A stretch of DNA of 62,966 nt, the filler included, from Intoshia linei (taxonomy: Eukaryota > Animalia > Orthonectida), in the NCBI GenBank assembly GCA_001642005.1. It is 6 parts of 6 records of this genome, joined end to end, with 100 filler letters (N's around TTAATTAATTAA, not from the genome) between each part and the next. Parts side by side here need not be neighbours in the genome. Positions count along the whole stretch, not along the records: positions 20,528 to 26,775 come from LWCA01001694.1; positions 26,876 to 46,503 come from LWCA01000725.1; 4 more parts are not named here. One strand, 5' to 3'. Every line of letters starts with the position of its first letter. Position 1 is the stretch's first letter. The notes below the pieces were generated by a model. The model worked only from the letters and a program-made list of their open reading frames with translations, ran no database searches and was not told the DNA's origin. Shown one piece after another: positions 26,331 through 39,500 of the stretch. The position numbers were made by a program, and so were the translations under genes.

Positions 26331-27038
26331 CTTTGATCTATTTCATCAATTCAAGTTTTATGGCTGTGTATTAGGGTGTCACATCAAATATTTGTTTTAA
26401 GAAATTCAAAAACATACCCAGTAGATTAGATTTAATTTAAAAAAAAAAAAAAATCTGATGACTAATAATTAAAAATACTCATTAATGACTTAGCGTTGAT
26501 CAATTAAGTAATTAACAAAAAATAGCTAAATTTAAGTTTATTTTCATGTTTTTCTTAATTTTTTTTTACAAAAAGTGAAATTCCTGCTTTGTTTCTGGAG
26601 AAAAATTAAAAATGTTTGTATATTTTAATAAAACGCGATCAGCTGTATCATTTGCAATTGACTTTATGATATAATAAAGAAAATATTTTTTTTATAATTA
26701 TTATCATTATTTTGTTTTGGTGTTTAAACAATGTTTGTGGGATAAATAAATGTAGACACTTTTTCTAACTTTTTGNNNNNNNNNNNNNNNNNNNNNNNNN
26801 NNNNNNNNNNNNNNNNNNNTTAATTAATTAANNNNNNNNNNNNNNNNNNNNNNNNNNNNNNNNNNNNNNNNNNNNTATAAATCTTATTGTAATTTTCTGC
26901 ATTAAAACATTAATCTACGATTCTTGTGCTGTATAAATTACTACAACTTGCAAAACAAATATACAATATAAATAAAAATGTATCAAAACGTAAATGTCGT
27001 TTTAATAAAGTGTACACATAAATATAATTTTCATTTTT

Positions 27039-27458
27039 ATGCAATTCACGATTATAATGTTTAAAAAATGCAAATTTTACAAATATCGAAAGATAGCAGG
27101 TAGTAAGATTTATGAATTGAAATATTACACAGAGCCTACGAATGCTGAAATGCATCAAAGGCAATTGGATTTTAAAGGTAAAAATCTCACATTGCAACAA
27201 AGGATCATTCTATCAAGCGGATTCAAATTAGATTTGGTGAGCCCAGTACAATTAGATACTATTATCATCAACTATTTTAATGGTGTGTATGACTTTAACG
27301 ACATTTTCCTTTTGCGAGATACGGTGGTACGTCAAATTATTCGAAAAATTACCGCCATTAGTAATCTCAAAACTGCTAAAAAAATAAACCAAAAGTTACA
27401 AATTTTTTTTTCTCTATCAAACGTTATTATTATATTGTTAGAGATTATATTTGGTTGA
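27039..27458 (+). CDS. Unassigned ORF / possible exon of an unknown gene
   Basis: 139-aa ORF with a protein-like central part (KIYELKYYTEPTNAEMHQRQLDFKGKNLTLQQRIILSSG). No family recognised. Confidence 0.4.
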   Translation: MQFTIIMFKKCKFYKYRKIAGSKIYELKYYTEPTNAEMHQRQLDFKGKNLTLQQRIILSSGFKLDLVSPVQLDTIIINYFNGVYDFNDIFLLRDTVVRQIIRKITAISNLKTAKKINQKLQIFFSLSNVIIILLEIIFG

Positions 27459-27514
27459 TAATACATTTGTTAGATCATTATAATTTATGTATATAATACG
27501 TCATTATCTTAACA

Positions 27515-27838
27515 CAGGGTCGGCAACCTTTTGCATCTGGTGGACCATTTTTTTTATATCAATAAATTCTATGGGCTCCGCTTTTGAAAATTTACACATG
27601 ATACATTTTAATTGTAACTGAACAGAAATGGTTCGAGTATTTAACATAATAAAATCCAGGGCGATCTGACAATTCAGTATTCAAATGATTATAATGAGTC
27701 AATTGTTTAAAAGTTGAAAAATTTAAAAATTAATAATTTACATATTTAATCAAATGGCCCTGTTCAATCATTTACATTGTATATGCTCTATCAGTATTAT
27801 TTGGAATGATCTAATGAAAATTTTTTTTGATAATCCTG
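27515..27838. mobile_element. hAT-type MITE, same family as 29122-29448 in opposite orientation
   Basis: Starts cagggtcggcaacc. Internal aaaatccagggcgatctg..aattcagtatt matches the reverse complement of about 29262-29291. Confidence 0.6.
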
Positions 27839-29121
27839 TACATAACAGTCAACCTAGTGAAATTATAAAAAGGAATAATTAATAATTCTTAACATATAAT
27901 GTTAAGAAATAATAACATTCTGAATAAGGCGGAATGTTGCTCAATGAAATTTGATAATGATTACATTTATTACGAGATTGTTGGTTTGAACTAATATTAT
28001 TATTTATTAGTAATTACACTAATATTGCCAGATAAAAAATTAACCTGCATTACCTAATATTCAAATAAGTTATACAAACTTTACATTTATTAGTATAACA
28101 ATATAAAAATACAAAGGTAATATCTAGACATCATTTTGTATTACACAAATATAATTATATATTTTGCTGACCTTATTATGCCATTTTACATTAAGTTTAA
28201 AAGTCAATAAATGCATGATTTTCATTTTTCTTTATGGTAAAAGATTTGAACATGAAAATTCGAAATTTTGAAAATAATACTATATTTGACTCTTTTCGAA
28301 AGAATCAATCTCCAACATTTATAAGAAGAAAAATTAATTTTAAAATGAAAAATTTGGTATTGTTTCATCATATTTATTCAATTAGAATTATTTAAATTGA
28401 CTGGATCAAATGCATATTAATAATATAAATAGTTAATCACACCTAAATACAGGGTTTGGTGAATACAAGGTTTATGTAGAATAATTGATTTAATATATAA
28501 TATAGAATCTTTATACATTCTGTATTTACATTTTTATTAATGTTAATAAGTTAGATTTTACAGTATTTTACTTAACGTATGTCAAGATTCGACATTCTAT
28601 GATGTCTCAATAAATAAAACCGTTCAATATTTTGATTAATTGAATGTAATCGTGTGTAAATGCAGATGTGTAGTATTGTGTTAGTTTGATATCAAAATAA
28701 ATATGCATTATGTAAATTTTGTGCGGGGGTCAAAATAATCAATCAATATTGTTTTAGAATTGCACGTCATAGTTTGTAAAACTGGAATTTTCACTAAAAG
28801 GTTTGGTTTGGCAAAACTAGAATTTTTCCTAAAGGGTTGGTAAATTTTGATTTTTAGTAAAAATGGTTGGATTTTTTAGTATAAGTAGACATTTTTCAAT
28901 TATGTAAAATTATATTTTAACAAAAAATACTTGACTGTACTTGAAAAATTTTTTGCTCTATTAAATTTATCGAAAATGAAAATATTTCGTTTTATTAATT
29001 CGTTATGATAATTGGCGTGTACGAGTCGCCAATTCAAATAATAAAATATAAAAAGAAATATTTAATGTATCATTAGAATGTAGGTACTTCACAGTGATAA
29101 GTGGTATTCATTGCTGTATAT

Positions 29122-29448
29122 TAGGGATTGGAAACCAGTGGCCTACAGAATAATTTTGGTGGCCCTTTGAGTAAAAATATGTAAATTATTTATTTTTAAA
29201 GTTTTAAATACGGTTTTAAACATTTTAATTATAATAAATATTAAACTAATTATAATCATTTTAATACTGAATTTCCAGATCGCCCGGATTTTATTTTATT
29301 GAATATATTACAACAGTTTCACTTTACTTAAAATTGAAATGTATCATGTGTACACTGTACATTTGCAAAAACGGGTCCGTAGAATTTTTTGGTATAAAAA
29401 ATATAAAAAAATATATATAAGTGAGATGCAAAAGGTTGTCGATTCCTG
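29122..29448. mobile_element. hAT-type MITE
   Basis: Imperfect TIRs tagggattggaaacc / ggttgtcgattcctg with exact 8-bp TSD ctgtatat. Confidence 0.75.
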
Positions 29449-30983
29449 CTGTATATGTTAGGTCATTAAGACATGAATCAATTTGTGTGGAATTTGGTCG
29501 TACTTACGACTGGTTAATAAAAATAAAATTACGACAGGGATTAAAAATATTTTTTTATTATGACGACCCGGAAAATGTCTTCAACTTATTTTTGGTTATT
29601 TTCATTATACAGTACGTGTGATGAATTGTGTACAATGTACATAATCGTAATATAAAATCAAAAAAATTTACATATATTGATGAATTACAACATATAATTA
29701 TTTTTTACAAGTTTATTAATAATCAGACTATGTTATTTATTTTTTTTCTGATATTAAAAATTAACATTAATTATTTAAATGAAATGGACTTTTTAAGTTT
29801 ATATATCAATCAATTCAAATAAATTTTACACCATATAGAAATTGTAAATATACATTATACTAGAGTTCTACAAGGGGTATGGACGCGGAAATATATGTGA
29901 ATATTGTAAAAATTTTCATTTACAAACTATGAATTCAAACAATTTACATAAATTTATTTTTATTTCTTCGTAATAATTGCTCATCATTATTGTTAATGTG
30001 TGATAATATATAGAAAAAGGGGGAGGATATTGGTTATAATGTGTAGATCGTAATCAAAAAAATATTTATGGGTGAACGGGCGGTTAATAATTTGATAATT
30101 TTGGCTCCTGTAAGTCTCTGAATTGTACTACATATTAAATGCTTATTTTAAGAAATTTAGGTTCTAATACACTGTGCAATAATTTTTGCAAATTTGCAAA
30201 ATAGTTTTTGCGCTTTACAATAATGTTATAAAATTGTATTGAATATGAATAAATAAAGTGCAAAAACAAATATAAAAACACTGTATTAAGAATTAAGTCT
30301 TTTTACATGTTTGCATGATTCCTTAAATTATTGATTTTTGCAAATGCAAATGTATCCATTTTAAAATCATTTAATAACTGATTATACATTGTGTACGTTG
30401 TAAAACATTGATAGACACATTAAAGAATATAGTCATTGAAAACTAACCAAATTATTTCCAACTAATAAATTTTTCATATCTTTGCTAATAAAATTTGCTT
30501 ATTTTTATAAAAAAACAAATAAGAGATAATGAAACACTTTATACACTATATTTATTTAAAATAAAGAGATGACTAAATTATTAAAGATATAAAGTGTATA
30601 ATTAAATTATATTCAATACATTTATTATGTGTTAATATTACAATGAATTTTGTATCAACTTTTTCGCCATTAGCCATTTTGTATTGATTACAAATACATT
30701 TAAAATTATTTAATGAAAAAGACTAAATGTTTAATTTTAAAATGTAAATTTGTCGATAACCTCGATAAACACTTCCTATATCCATTTTGATAAATTATAT
30801 CCATAAAAATTTAAATTTATCAAATTAACAATGTAAGTTATTGAGATTATTTCATGTCATTTTATCTTAAAATTTATTTAATGACATGTGATTTTCGCAA
30901 TTGTTTCAAATTTGCTTTTAAGGTACTATTTGATAATATATATGTAATCTGTATTAATGTTAAATATTTTTTAATTTAATATA

Positions 30984-31150
30984 CTAGCTTGACTGTTATG
31001 TACTTCGTACCTAAAAACAGCTAGCTCTGCTGATGGCATTGATTGGCATCTTAATTTATTATACAATGAGTGTATGATCTTAAAAACAATCAAATTATAG
31101 TAAGACACTAAAAACTTGCCATAAAAAAATGAATCCAGAAAATTTAAATT
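30984..31150 (-). mobile_element. Helitron 3' end of a variant subfamily
   Basis: a|ctagcttgactgttatgtacttcgtac...ctagctctgc. Downstream sequence matches about 54950-55130. Confidence 0.65.
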
Positions 31151-31166
31151 TACATGTCGTATACTA

Positions 31167-32446
31167 TTAGGTCATTCACAAAGTAATGTCGTTTTTATAA
31201 CTATAATGAAAACTTCTATAATAACAATTTTGATTAACCTTTATTCTACAAAATATTCTCCATTGCATTCAACAATTCTTCTCCAACGTTCCGGTAGCTT
31301 CTTAATTCCATTTTGAAAAAAACTCTGGCTTTTATTTGTCAAAAAAGTATCAATGTCAGATTTTAAATGCTCAATTGAATCGTATTCTTTTTCATGGTAA
31401 TGGTTACTCATCGACTTGAAACGTGATAGTCAGAAGGAGCAATGTCTGGAGAATATGGTGTGCAATCTAATACCTTATAATTAAGGTTTATTAAATGTTT
31501 TCTATTCTTTATAGTAGTATGAGATCTAGCATTGTCGTGTAACAAAATAATATTACCTTTAGAGAACATTCGAGGTCTTTTACGGTATATTGCATCGGTC
31601 AATTTATCCAATTGTAAGCAATACTTTTCCGCATTAATAGTTTCTTTGTTTTTAAGATATTGATAATAAAGTATGCCTTTCATATCCCACCAAATACTCA
31701 TTACCTTTTTACTATTAAGTTCTGATTTTGGAGTAAATATTGGTGATTCCTGGGAAGATAGCCATTGTTTTTTTAATTCAGTATTATCACAATGTATTCA
31801 TTTTTCATCACTAGTCATAATATTTTCTAAAAATGGTTCATTTGTTAGTTTGGCTAGTAATAATTGGCATAAGTTTTTTCTATTTATTTTATGTTGAATC
31901 GTTAATAAGTGGGTACCCATATTCCAGACTTATTTACTTTTTGTAAGTGTTTCAAAAAATTAAAGGCACTGGTTTCTGAATAGCTGGCAACATTGGAAAG
32001 CGATTGACATGTTTGAATGGGAGATTTTTTCAATTCACTTTTTATTTGATTAATATCAACAGTTGAAGGTCTACCGGAACGTTGGAAATCCATTAGGGTG
32101 TAGTTTTCATCTCGAAATCTTTTAAACCATCTTTGACATTTTCTGTCATTTAAAACATCCTTACCATACATAGCATATATATTTTTGGTAGCTACCACTG
32201 TACTAAGGTCCTTAAAGTACTCATACAGTAAAATATAATGTAAATGTCTCTCAAAATCATTAAAATAATTCGTCTAAATGGCTATTGAATAAATGTATAT
32301 TTAAATAAATTACGTTCTCATCTGATGTCGTACACATGATTGTTAAAAAATATTTTATATTTCGAAATATGTGAAATCTTATCGGTGATAAAGCGTTTCT
32401 AATCAATTGTATCAATAAAAACTACATAACTTTGTGAATCACCTAA
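31167..32446 (-). mobile_element. Full-length (1280 bp) mariner element with inactivated transposase
   Basis: 30-bp TIRs ttaggtcattcacaaagtaatgtcgttttt / rc ttaggtgattcacaaagttatgtagttttt (3 mismatches), TA on both sides. Motifs WFKRF, RSGRP, WVP, LLHDNARSH, YSPDIAPSDYH. The ORF is broken by stops and frameshifts. Confidence 0.95.
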
Positions 32447-33163
32447 TATATAGCCAGTGGTTCTTAAACTTTAAATTTGACAAACCCTTATATAATATTT
32501 TTATGTATAATAAACTAAGAAAATTCTACCATGATTCATTTATTAGTTTAAATTAGATTAAATGATTAATTTTTATTATATTATACATTTAAAAAAAGAA
32601 AAAATGATATACACTGTATATTATACAGTATTCTATCCTGTTCTCTTTTTTTTCAAACTAACTTAAACTAAAAAAACTAAAATTTTTTTCAAAATTACTT
32701 ACGATTATATGTACATAAGTTTTAAATCATGTTTAGAAGAGTTTAGTTGTGTGTATTTAATTATTTTAATTATGTGTAGAAAAAATTATTAATTTTATAA
32801 AAATATTGATTTATTGTCACTATTCTTTAACTTTCACTTCGTGAATTTTTTTAACTTTACTTTAATTGATTCCATCAAAAATGATTGTAGAATCTATGCT
32901 ATCCTAAAAATTAGTCTATATATGTATTTATAATTATTAGAGTATGTTATTTTGAAATGTTTTTACTGTTGAGAAAAAATTGTTAACTTGAAATTTTTTG
33001 TATTCTTTAATATTAATATTAATGATATCTCATCGCTTAAAAAATAGTCTATATCAGCGTTAGCTGAAACTCTGTCCGTATAATTTTCTACTGGCTCTCT
33101 AAGAATATGTATAATATTTCAAAATTATAAAAATGACGTATTTGGCATATGACATATATACAA

Positions 33164-33737
33164 CTAGGTTGAATGTTATGTACTACGTACAAACAGTAAC
33201 TAGCTTTGCCGAGGGCATATTTTTATTATAACAAAAAAATAAGTTCACGTTGAAAATCTAACTTAAAAATTTAATTAACTAATGAATTAGTTAATTATTT
33301 CACATTTTATGTTTTAATAAAATATTTCGGAAAAAAATATATGAATACTAAAATGCTTTTTTGACCGTGAAGTCGTCACTTATCAGATTTTTTTGTGTGT
33401 GTTAAAGGATACAACTGTACCACGTGTAAATTTTTTTAAATTCTAGGGCTGTTTTCATAAAAAAAGGGTAATTTGGGGTTTAGGCCCTGAAGATATAATT
33501 TTTATGATTTTAAAATCCATATCATCGTATATATTGTTTTAAATTTTTATACTCGTTTGATTTTTAAAAAGAGGGACAATTGGGGTTTTTGACTCGTAAG
33601 ATATGAGTTTGGGAGGTTGAAATTTATCTTATTATATGTCCCGAAAAAAACTCTAATTTAAATATGGACTTTATAAATTCTAAGATCGGTAATAATTGAA
33701 ATAAAGTGGAACACACACACAAATATATAAGTAAGGA
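33164..33737 (-). mobile_element. Complete non-autonomous Helitron (574 bp)
   Basis: The plus strand reads a|ctaggttgaatgttatgtactacgtacaaacag ... gtaagga|t, which is TC...CTAG on the minus strand. Interior matches about 970-1443. Confidence 0.85.
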
Positions 33738-36544
33738 TAATAAATAACAGACGGGCACTTAAACTTAAATATTATAATGTTTAGAAAAAAGATTATAAAA
33801 TTCAATTAATAATGAATTAATTATTGTTTATTATAATTGTTCTTTATTTATTAAATTCTCACATCAAGATGCGACCCTCGCACTTGTCTGTAATAAGATA
33901 TTAAAATAGTATGAAAAATTTATATTTAATATAAATTTTTTAATTGGGAAAAAAATATATAGGTCTATTAATTAAAAAAATAAAATAAATTAAAATATAT
34001 TAAACTGTACTTAATTTTTACCTGTATTGCATTATTTATAGTTATTACGAGTGGATAGTTATTGTTTATAATAAATAGATATTTCATGGATATTTAAGCA
34101 AATTATAATTATTTGTTATCTGACACAGTTTTCCAAATTTTTTTGTTTCAAATAAACTTGTATAATAGTATTAACACTTAAAATTGTTTACAATCTACAT
34201 TATTAAAATGCATTTACTGTGTAATTTATTTAATTCTGAAATATATATTGAAAAAATTAAATGACTATAAATTATCTTAAATTAATTTTATTAGATCACG
34301 TACGCTGTAATATGAGTTTAAAAATATATATTTTAAAATGTATAATTTTTTATTCAAACTATATATTTAATCAATTTAATTAATATAACTGTGTGGATAA
34401 CAATTTGTTATATAGGGTCTTTAATATGAGCTATTCAATGGGATCATAATATATTACTTGATAGTTTTACAAATTTGACGGAAATTTTTTATGAAATGGT
34501 TCGCATATTTCGAATTTTAGACTAATTGGGATTTGCAATTAAATTTTATTTTAGTCTTACGTTTCAAATAAACGATACTATCTAAATTTTACACGTTATT
34601 TAAATATTAATTAAGACATTACTTATAACAAAGCGTACAATAAAAAGGAAGATTGTCACAACAAAATTCTTGATGAGGTGCATTGTACATTGTAAATAAA
34701 CTTGGAATAATTTTGCGGTCTATCAACTTTTTTATATACACCACTGCATTGTTTCCAACAATACACATTATTAAATATGAATATATACAAAGCGTTTAAA
34801 GTATATTAAGTATGCTATGAAAAATATTATATACATTAGAGCGGTAAGTTTTTATGTAAATAAAGCACTACAATATATAATTAAAAATTGAGTATATTTT
34901 GTAATTAATTTAAATGGAACAATATTTTACAATCATGTATACCTTTACATTTTTTTAGTTGAATTATAAAGTTGGTAATGCACTTAATGAGACAATTGTA
35001 TTGTAATAATTAAAATAATTAAATATTTTCGATAACTGATATATTTTATTTTATATATGTTTACATTATTGAATTTAAATTTTGTTTTTAAATTAAGTTT
35101 TATCAATTGGTCAAATATATAAAAATTTCAAAAGTTTTTTTTGATTTATACCATGTCGTTATTTGTATATTGATATTTACATTAACATTACATGTATAAA
35201 AACAATTCAAAATATTACAAACCGATTTTCACTACAAATTTTTGTGTACTCAACAATTACCCCACCAGAAAAATTAAACAAAATAAAACCAACATTTACA
35301 ATACGGTAACTTTGATTATTTTTACTTTTAATTATAATGTAAACATGTCGAATATGTCAGTTTTTGTTGTTCATTTATAATAATTTTTCCAAATAATAGT
35401 GTGATTAACGATTTGATTTGATCGATCACGATCGTCACCGTGTCTATATTTGATTGTCAGTCTTTATATGATAGGCAATGAGATGTAATATTTAATTCAT
35501 TTGATAAATTACAAACTTGACTTTTTTGTAATTTGTTCAAACCGCCACATAGTTATGTAGTTATGAAGGGACTTTCAGGTTTATGTTTATAATATTTTTT
35601 TAACAATTCAGTCTAATAATTATGATTTTATTTAAAGAAAATTGTCCTAAATCTAAATTTTATCTTTATTTCAAATCTTGATTAATAAAATTTTTAAAAT
35701 TTTTAAAATTTATCGCAGCATCAGCGTGATTACTGAGTCAGTACATCCACAAAAATTTGATTAAAAGAAAATTAATTAGATATTAAACTAAACTTTGTTT
35801 ATTATTAATTAATTAATACTATAAAATAATTGACAAATAAAAAATGTAAAAAAATTAAATTTGGATTTTTGGCCGTGAAGATATAACATTTTGAAATTGA
35901 CAAATATCAGAATATTGATGAATTTAAAATTTATATTAGAATGTGTATTTTTTATAATTCGTTAATTAATTAAGTACTCATTTGAATTTTAAAAAAAGGA
36001 TAATTGGAGTTTTTGACCTTGAAGGTCTCAATTTCTGAAAATGACATTTTTTATAAAACATCACATTCGAAAAACTGTATTGAAAATAAGTATTTTTAAA
36101 ACTCTACGCCTCTTACATTTTACATTTTACAAATAATACACCACTTAAGCCTTGTTTATTTTTTATTTACATTTCACATTAAAAGTACGGTTCAAATAAT
36201 GTATTGTTGAGATAAATTATGCAATTAACAACAACAATAAATCAAATAAGAAAAAAAACGAAAAACAATGTATTTATATTATTTAAACCATTTATATAAT
36301 TAAATTTATGATCATAATATACATCATATTACAAACAAAAAGTTTTATATAATTAAGGATATATGATAATAATATACATTGCATATCATACGATATATAG
36401 TATACATTGTATATCTTCTTAACGAAATTTCATCGATTTTAGCAGGAATATTATGATTCATTAATATCTGAATGAATCTTGTTGAAACTTCCATGTCATA
36501 CATACATGAGAAATACAATTTGGTTTTAAAAATAAAAAGTTGCC

Positions 36545-39500
36545 ATGCAAAAATCAGTCGAAATTGTGAATTTTGATCACGTTTTATCTGTAACGGTTAT
36601 GTCAAATCAATATTTGATTTATAAACGTAAAATTAACATTCCGACCCGAAAAACCCTGAAGGAACGATTTTTTTCTCAAATCAAGTTTATTAAATTTTTG
36701 TGTATTTATTATCATTTTCAATTATATATTCGTAATTATTATCTAATATAGTACATTTTATTACGTTATATGTAATAATTTTAATATTTAACGTTTAGAG
36801 TGAAATAAAAAAACTTAGCCCATTTTCAAAGTTAATTTTAAAATCAAAAAATGCAAAAGTGAAATATAGTTGTGGAAATATAAACCAAAGTGTAATTTAA
36901 CGTGTCAATAAAAAAATTTACAAAATTTTTAATTTTTATAGAAAACAAAAAAAAGTTTAAATTTACCTCCACTTTCAAAATCAAATAAATTTTATATTAC
37001 TGAATACGACAATTTATCAGAAACAAAAAATAGTCCCATTAGAGAAAAATTTAATGAAAATACTTTCAAAAAGGACAATGACGTAGAAACAAAATCAAAC
37101 ATTTCTTCAATTAAAAATATTTTTTTACCAAATATCGCTAATAAAAGGAAATTAAGAAAAAGAAACGAAAAAATTTATCTTAGTCCAAAGGGTATTTTAT
37201 TTTAAAATAATTTATAATTATAAATTTTGATTTTGATTTTTTTATCATAAATATGATATTTTATTATTTAGAGGCTATTGAAAAATATAAAGGAAAGTTA
37301 ACGGAATTTGAAGTCAATGAAGTCTTTGATTTTGAGTATATTTACTTTGTTGGAGAAACCAGTAAAAAATTAAATGGAAATATATCACTTTCTCCCAATT
37401 ATGGATATGACGATGAAAATGGAAATTATATTAAAGTAACATTTACATTAAATAAATTAGGTATAGATGCAGAGCTAAAACTAAAAATGAAAATTAGGTC
37501 TAAAAAAAATTTTGCCAACTATGCATTGTGTCATATAGCCCATAGACACCTCTTTGACATGAAATGTCAAATTTACCACACAACATAGTTATGATATTCG
37601 AGAATATAATTTTATAATTTTGTGCTAAATTTGCAAAAATGAGGCCCTCTTTTTACAAAATTTTGGCGAGTTCTTCCAATATCCTCCAGATAAGGGATTT
37701 GTTAAGTAAATTCGGTTCTGTATACTTAGAACATATTTAATTTTTAAAATTATTATATAGGTATTACACGATCAAATAAATTATCGATACGAGATTATCT
37801 ATGAATTAGGAAAAGGGTCATTTGGGCAAGTCGTTCGTTCTTATGATCATAAGAATGATAAAAGTTTGGCAATTAAAATAATTAGAAACAAAAAGAGGTA
37901 TATAAAAAAAAATTTATTTACATTGTATTATAAATGTAAACTATTGTATTGTTTCTAGTATTTAGTAAACACTGTTTACTTCATACTATTAGTGGTCACA
38001 AATTAGAGTACAATTATGTATAATGAAAGACGAAAATAATAACAAAATGTTTTATTTTTCGGTAGTAACAATTTACTTGAAGGAATAACATTTTTGTAAA
38101 AATTACATAAAACCTTTTAAAGACATAATTTTTTGTTAATTGGGTTAAAAAATACATCACAAAGTGTGATAAATGTAATTGGGATCTCATATAATTTGGA
38201 AATTGAAAAAATATATTAAAATTTTAACAATTACAATTATGTATGTAACCCATTTTATTTTAACGGTTTCACATCCAATGATTCATATACGAATCATTCC
38301 AAATTTTCAAAAAAATCAAAATTTACCAACCATTTAATGAGTATTCTAGTTTTAACAAACCTAAAAAGAAAAATCCAGTTTTACAAATCCTCTCAACTCC
38401 CTACAAACCCTTAAGAAAAAATTTTAATCGAAAAAATGGTCGAATTAAAAATACATACAAAACCGATAAAATTTAAGAGATGCTTTGTAATTTTGAGATT
38501 ATAAATTAATGAAATTTTTGAGAAGTTATTAATTATAAGTGTAAAAATAATTAAAAAAAAATGAAAAAATTTGTTTAAAAATTAAACATTTTATTGATGT
38601 AATAAAGATGGTCATTTTTTTACACATTTTAAAAATTTTTTTTTAAATTATGAAATTTTTACTGAGCCGAATATTATCAATTGGCCGCACTTTTAAATGA
38701 ACATTTAATGATTAATTCTGTCTGACGGATTATTTTTTTATTGAAATAATTTTTGATTATATTTTTTTTTGTGGACTAATTCCGATAAAATGGATTTGAG
38801 CAGTATAAATAATATTTGTAATTATAAATTTTTCCATACTGTTAGCAATAATATATTTAATTTAAATGATTTTTTATGATGTGACTACTATGAACGTTTT
38901 TGTGTATTTATCGTAATTGTAGTTGACAATATATCGATAATAATGGACACAATAACATTACAATTAAAAAATTATAAAGGGAATACTGTAGGGATGTCCA
39001 AAAATGATTTGTAAAAAATTCTGAATTTATCTTTAATAGTTTTTATTATGCAGAATTGGTTATTTGACTCTATATTCAAAATTTTCACATTGCGTATCAG
39101 TGTTATTGTCATTATTATTTTTTTACGAGATTATGATTACATGGTTAATTTATATTTTTAAAATATTACATTTGATATTTTATTGATAAATATTTTTTTC
39201 CCCAACACTAATATTTACATGTCACAATGTATGAATGTATAAAAATATATATGTAATTAACATTTAATAGATTTCATTATCAAGCACAAGTTGAAGTCAA
39301 GATATTGGAAACACTTAGAAGGTATAACAAAAGAGACAATGACCGTCATCATATTGTGAATATGCTAGACTATTTTTATTTTCGAAATCACCTGTGCATA
39401 ACATTTGAACTGATGGGGTAAATTAACAAATATAAATGTACAATATATTTATAATATAAATTTTAAATATGTACAATGTAAATTGTACATTATGTCATAT

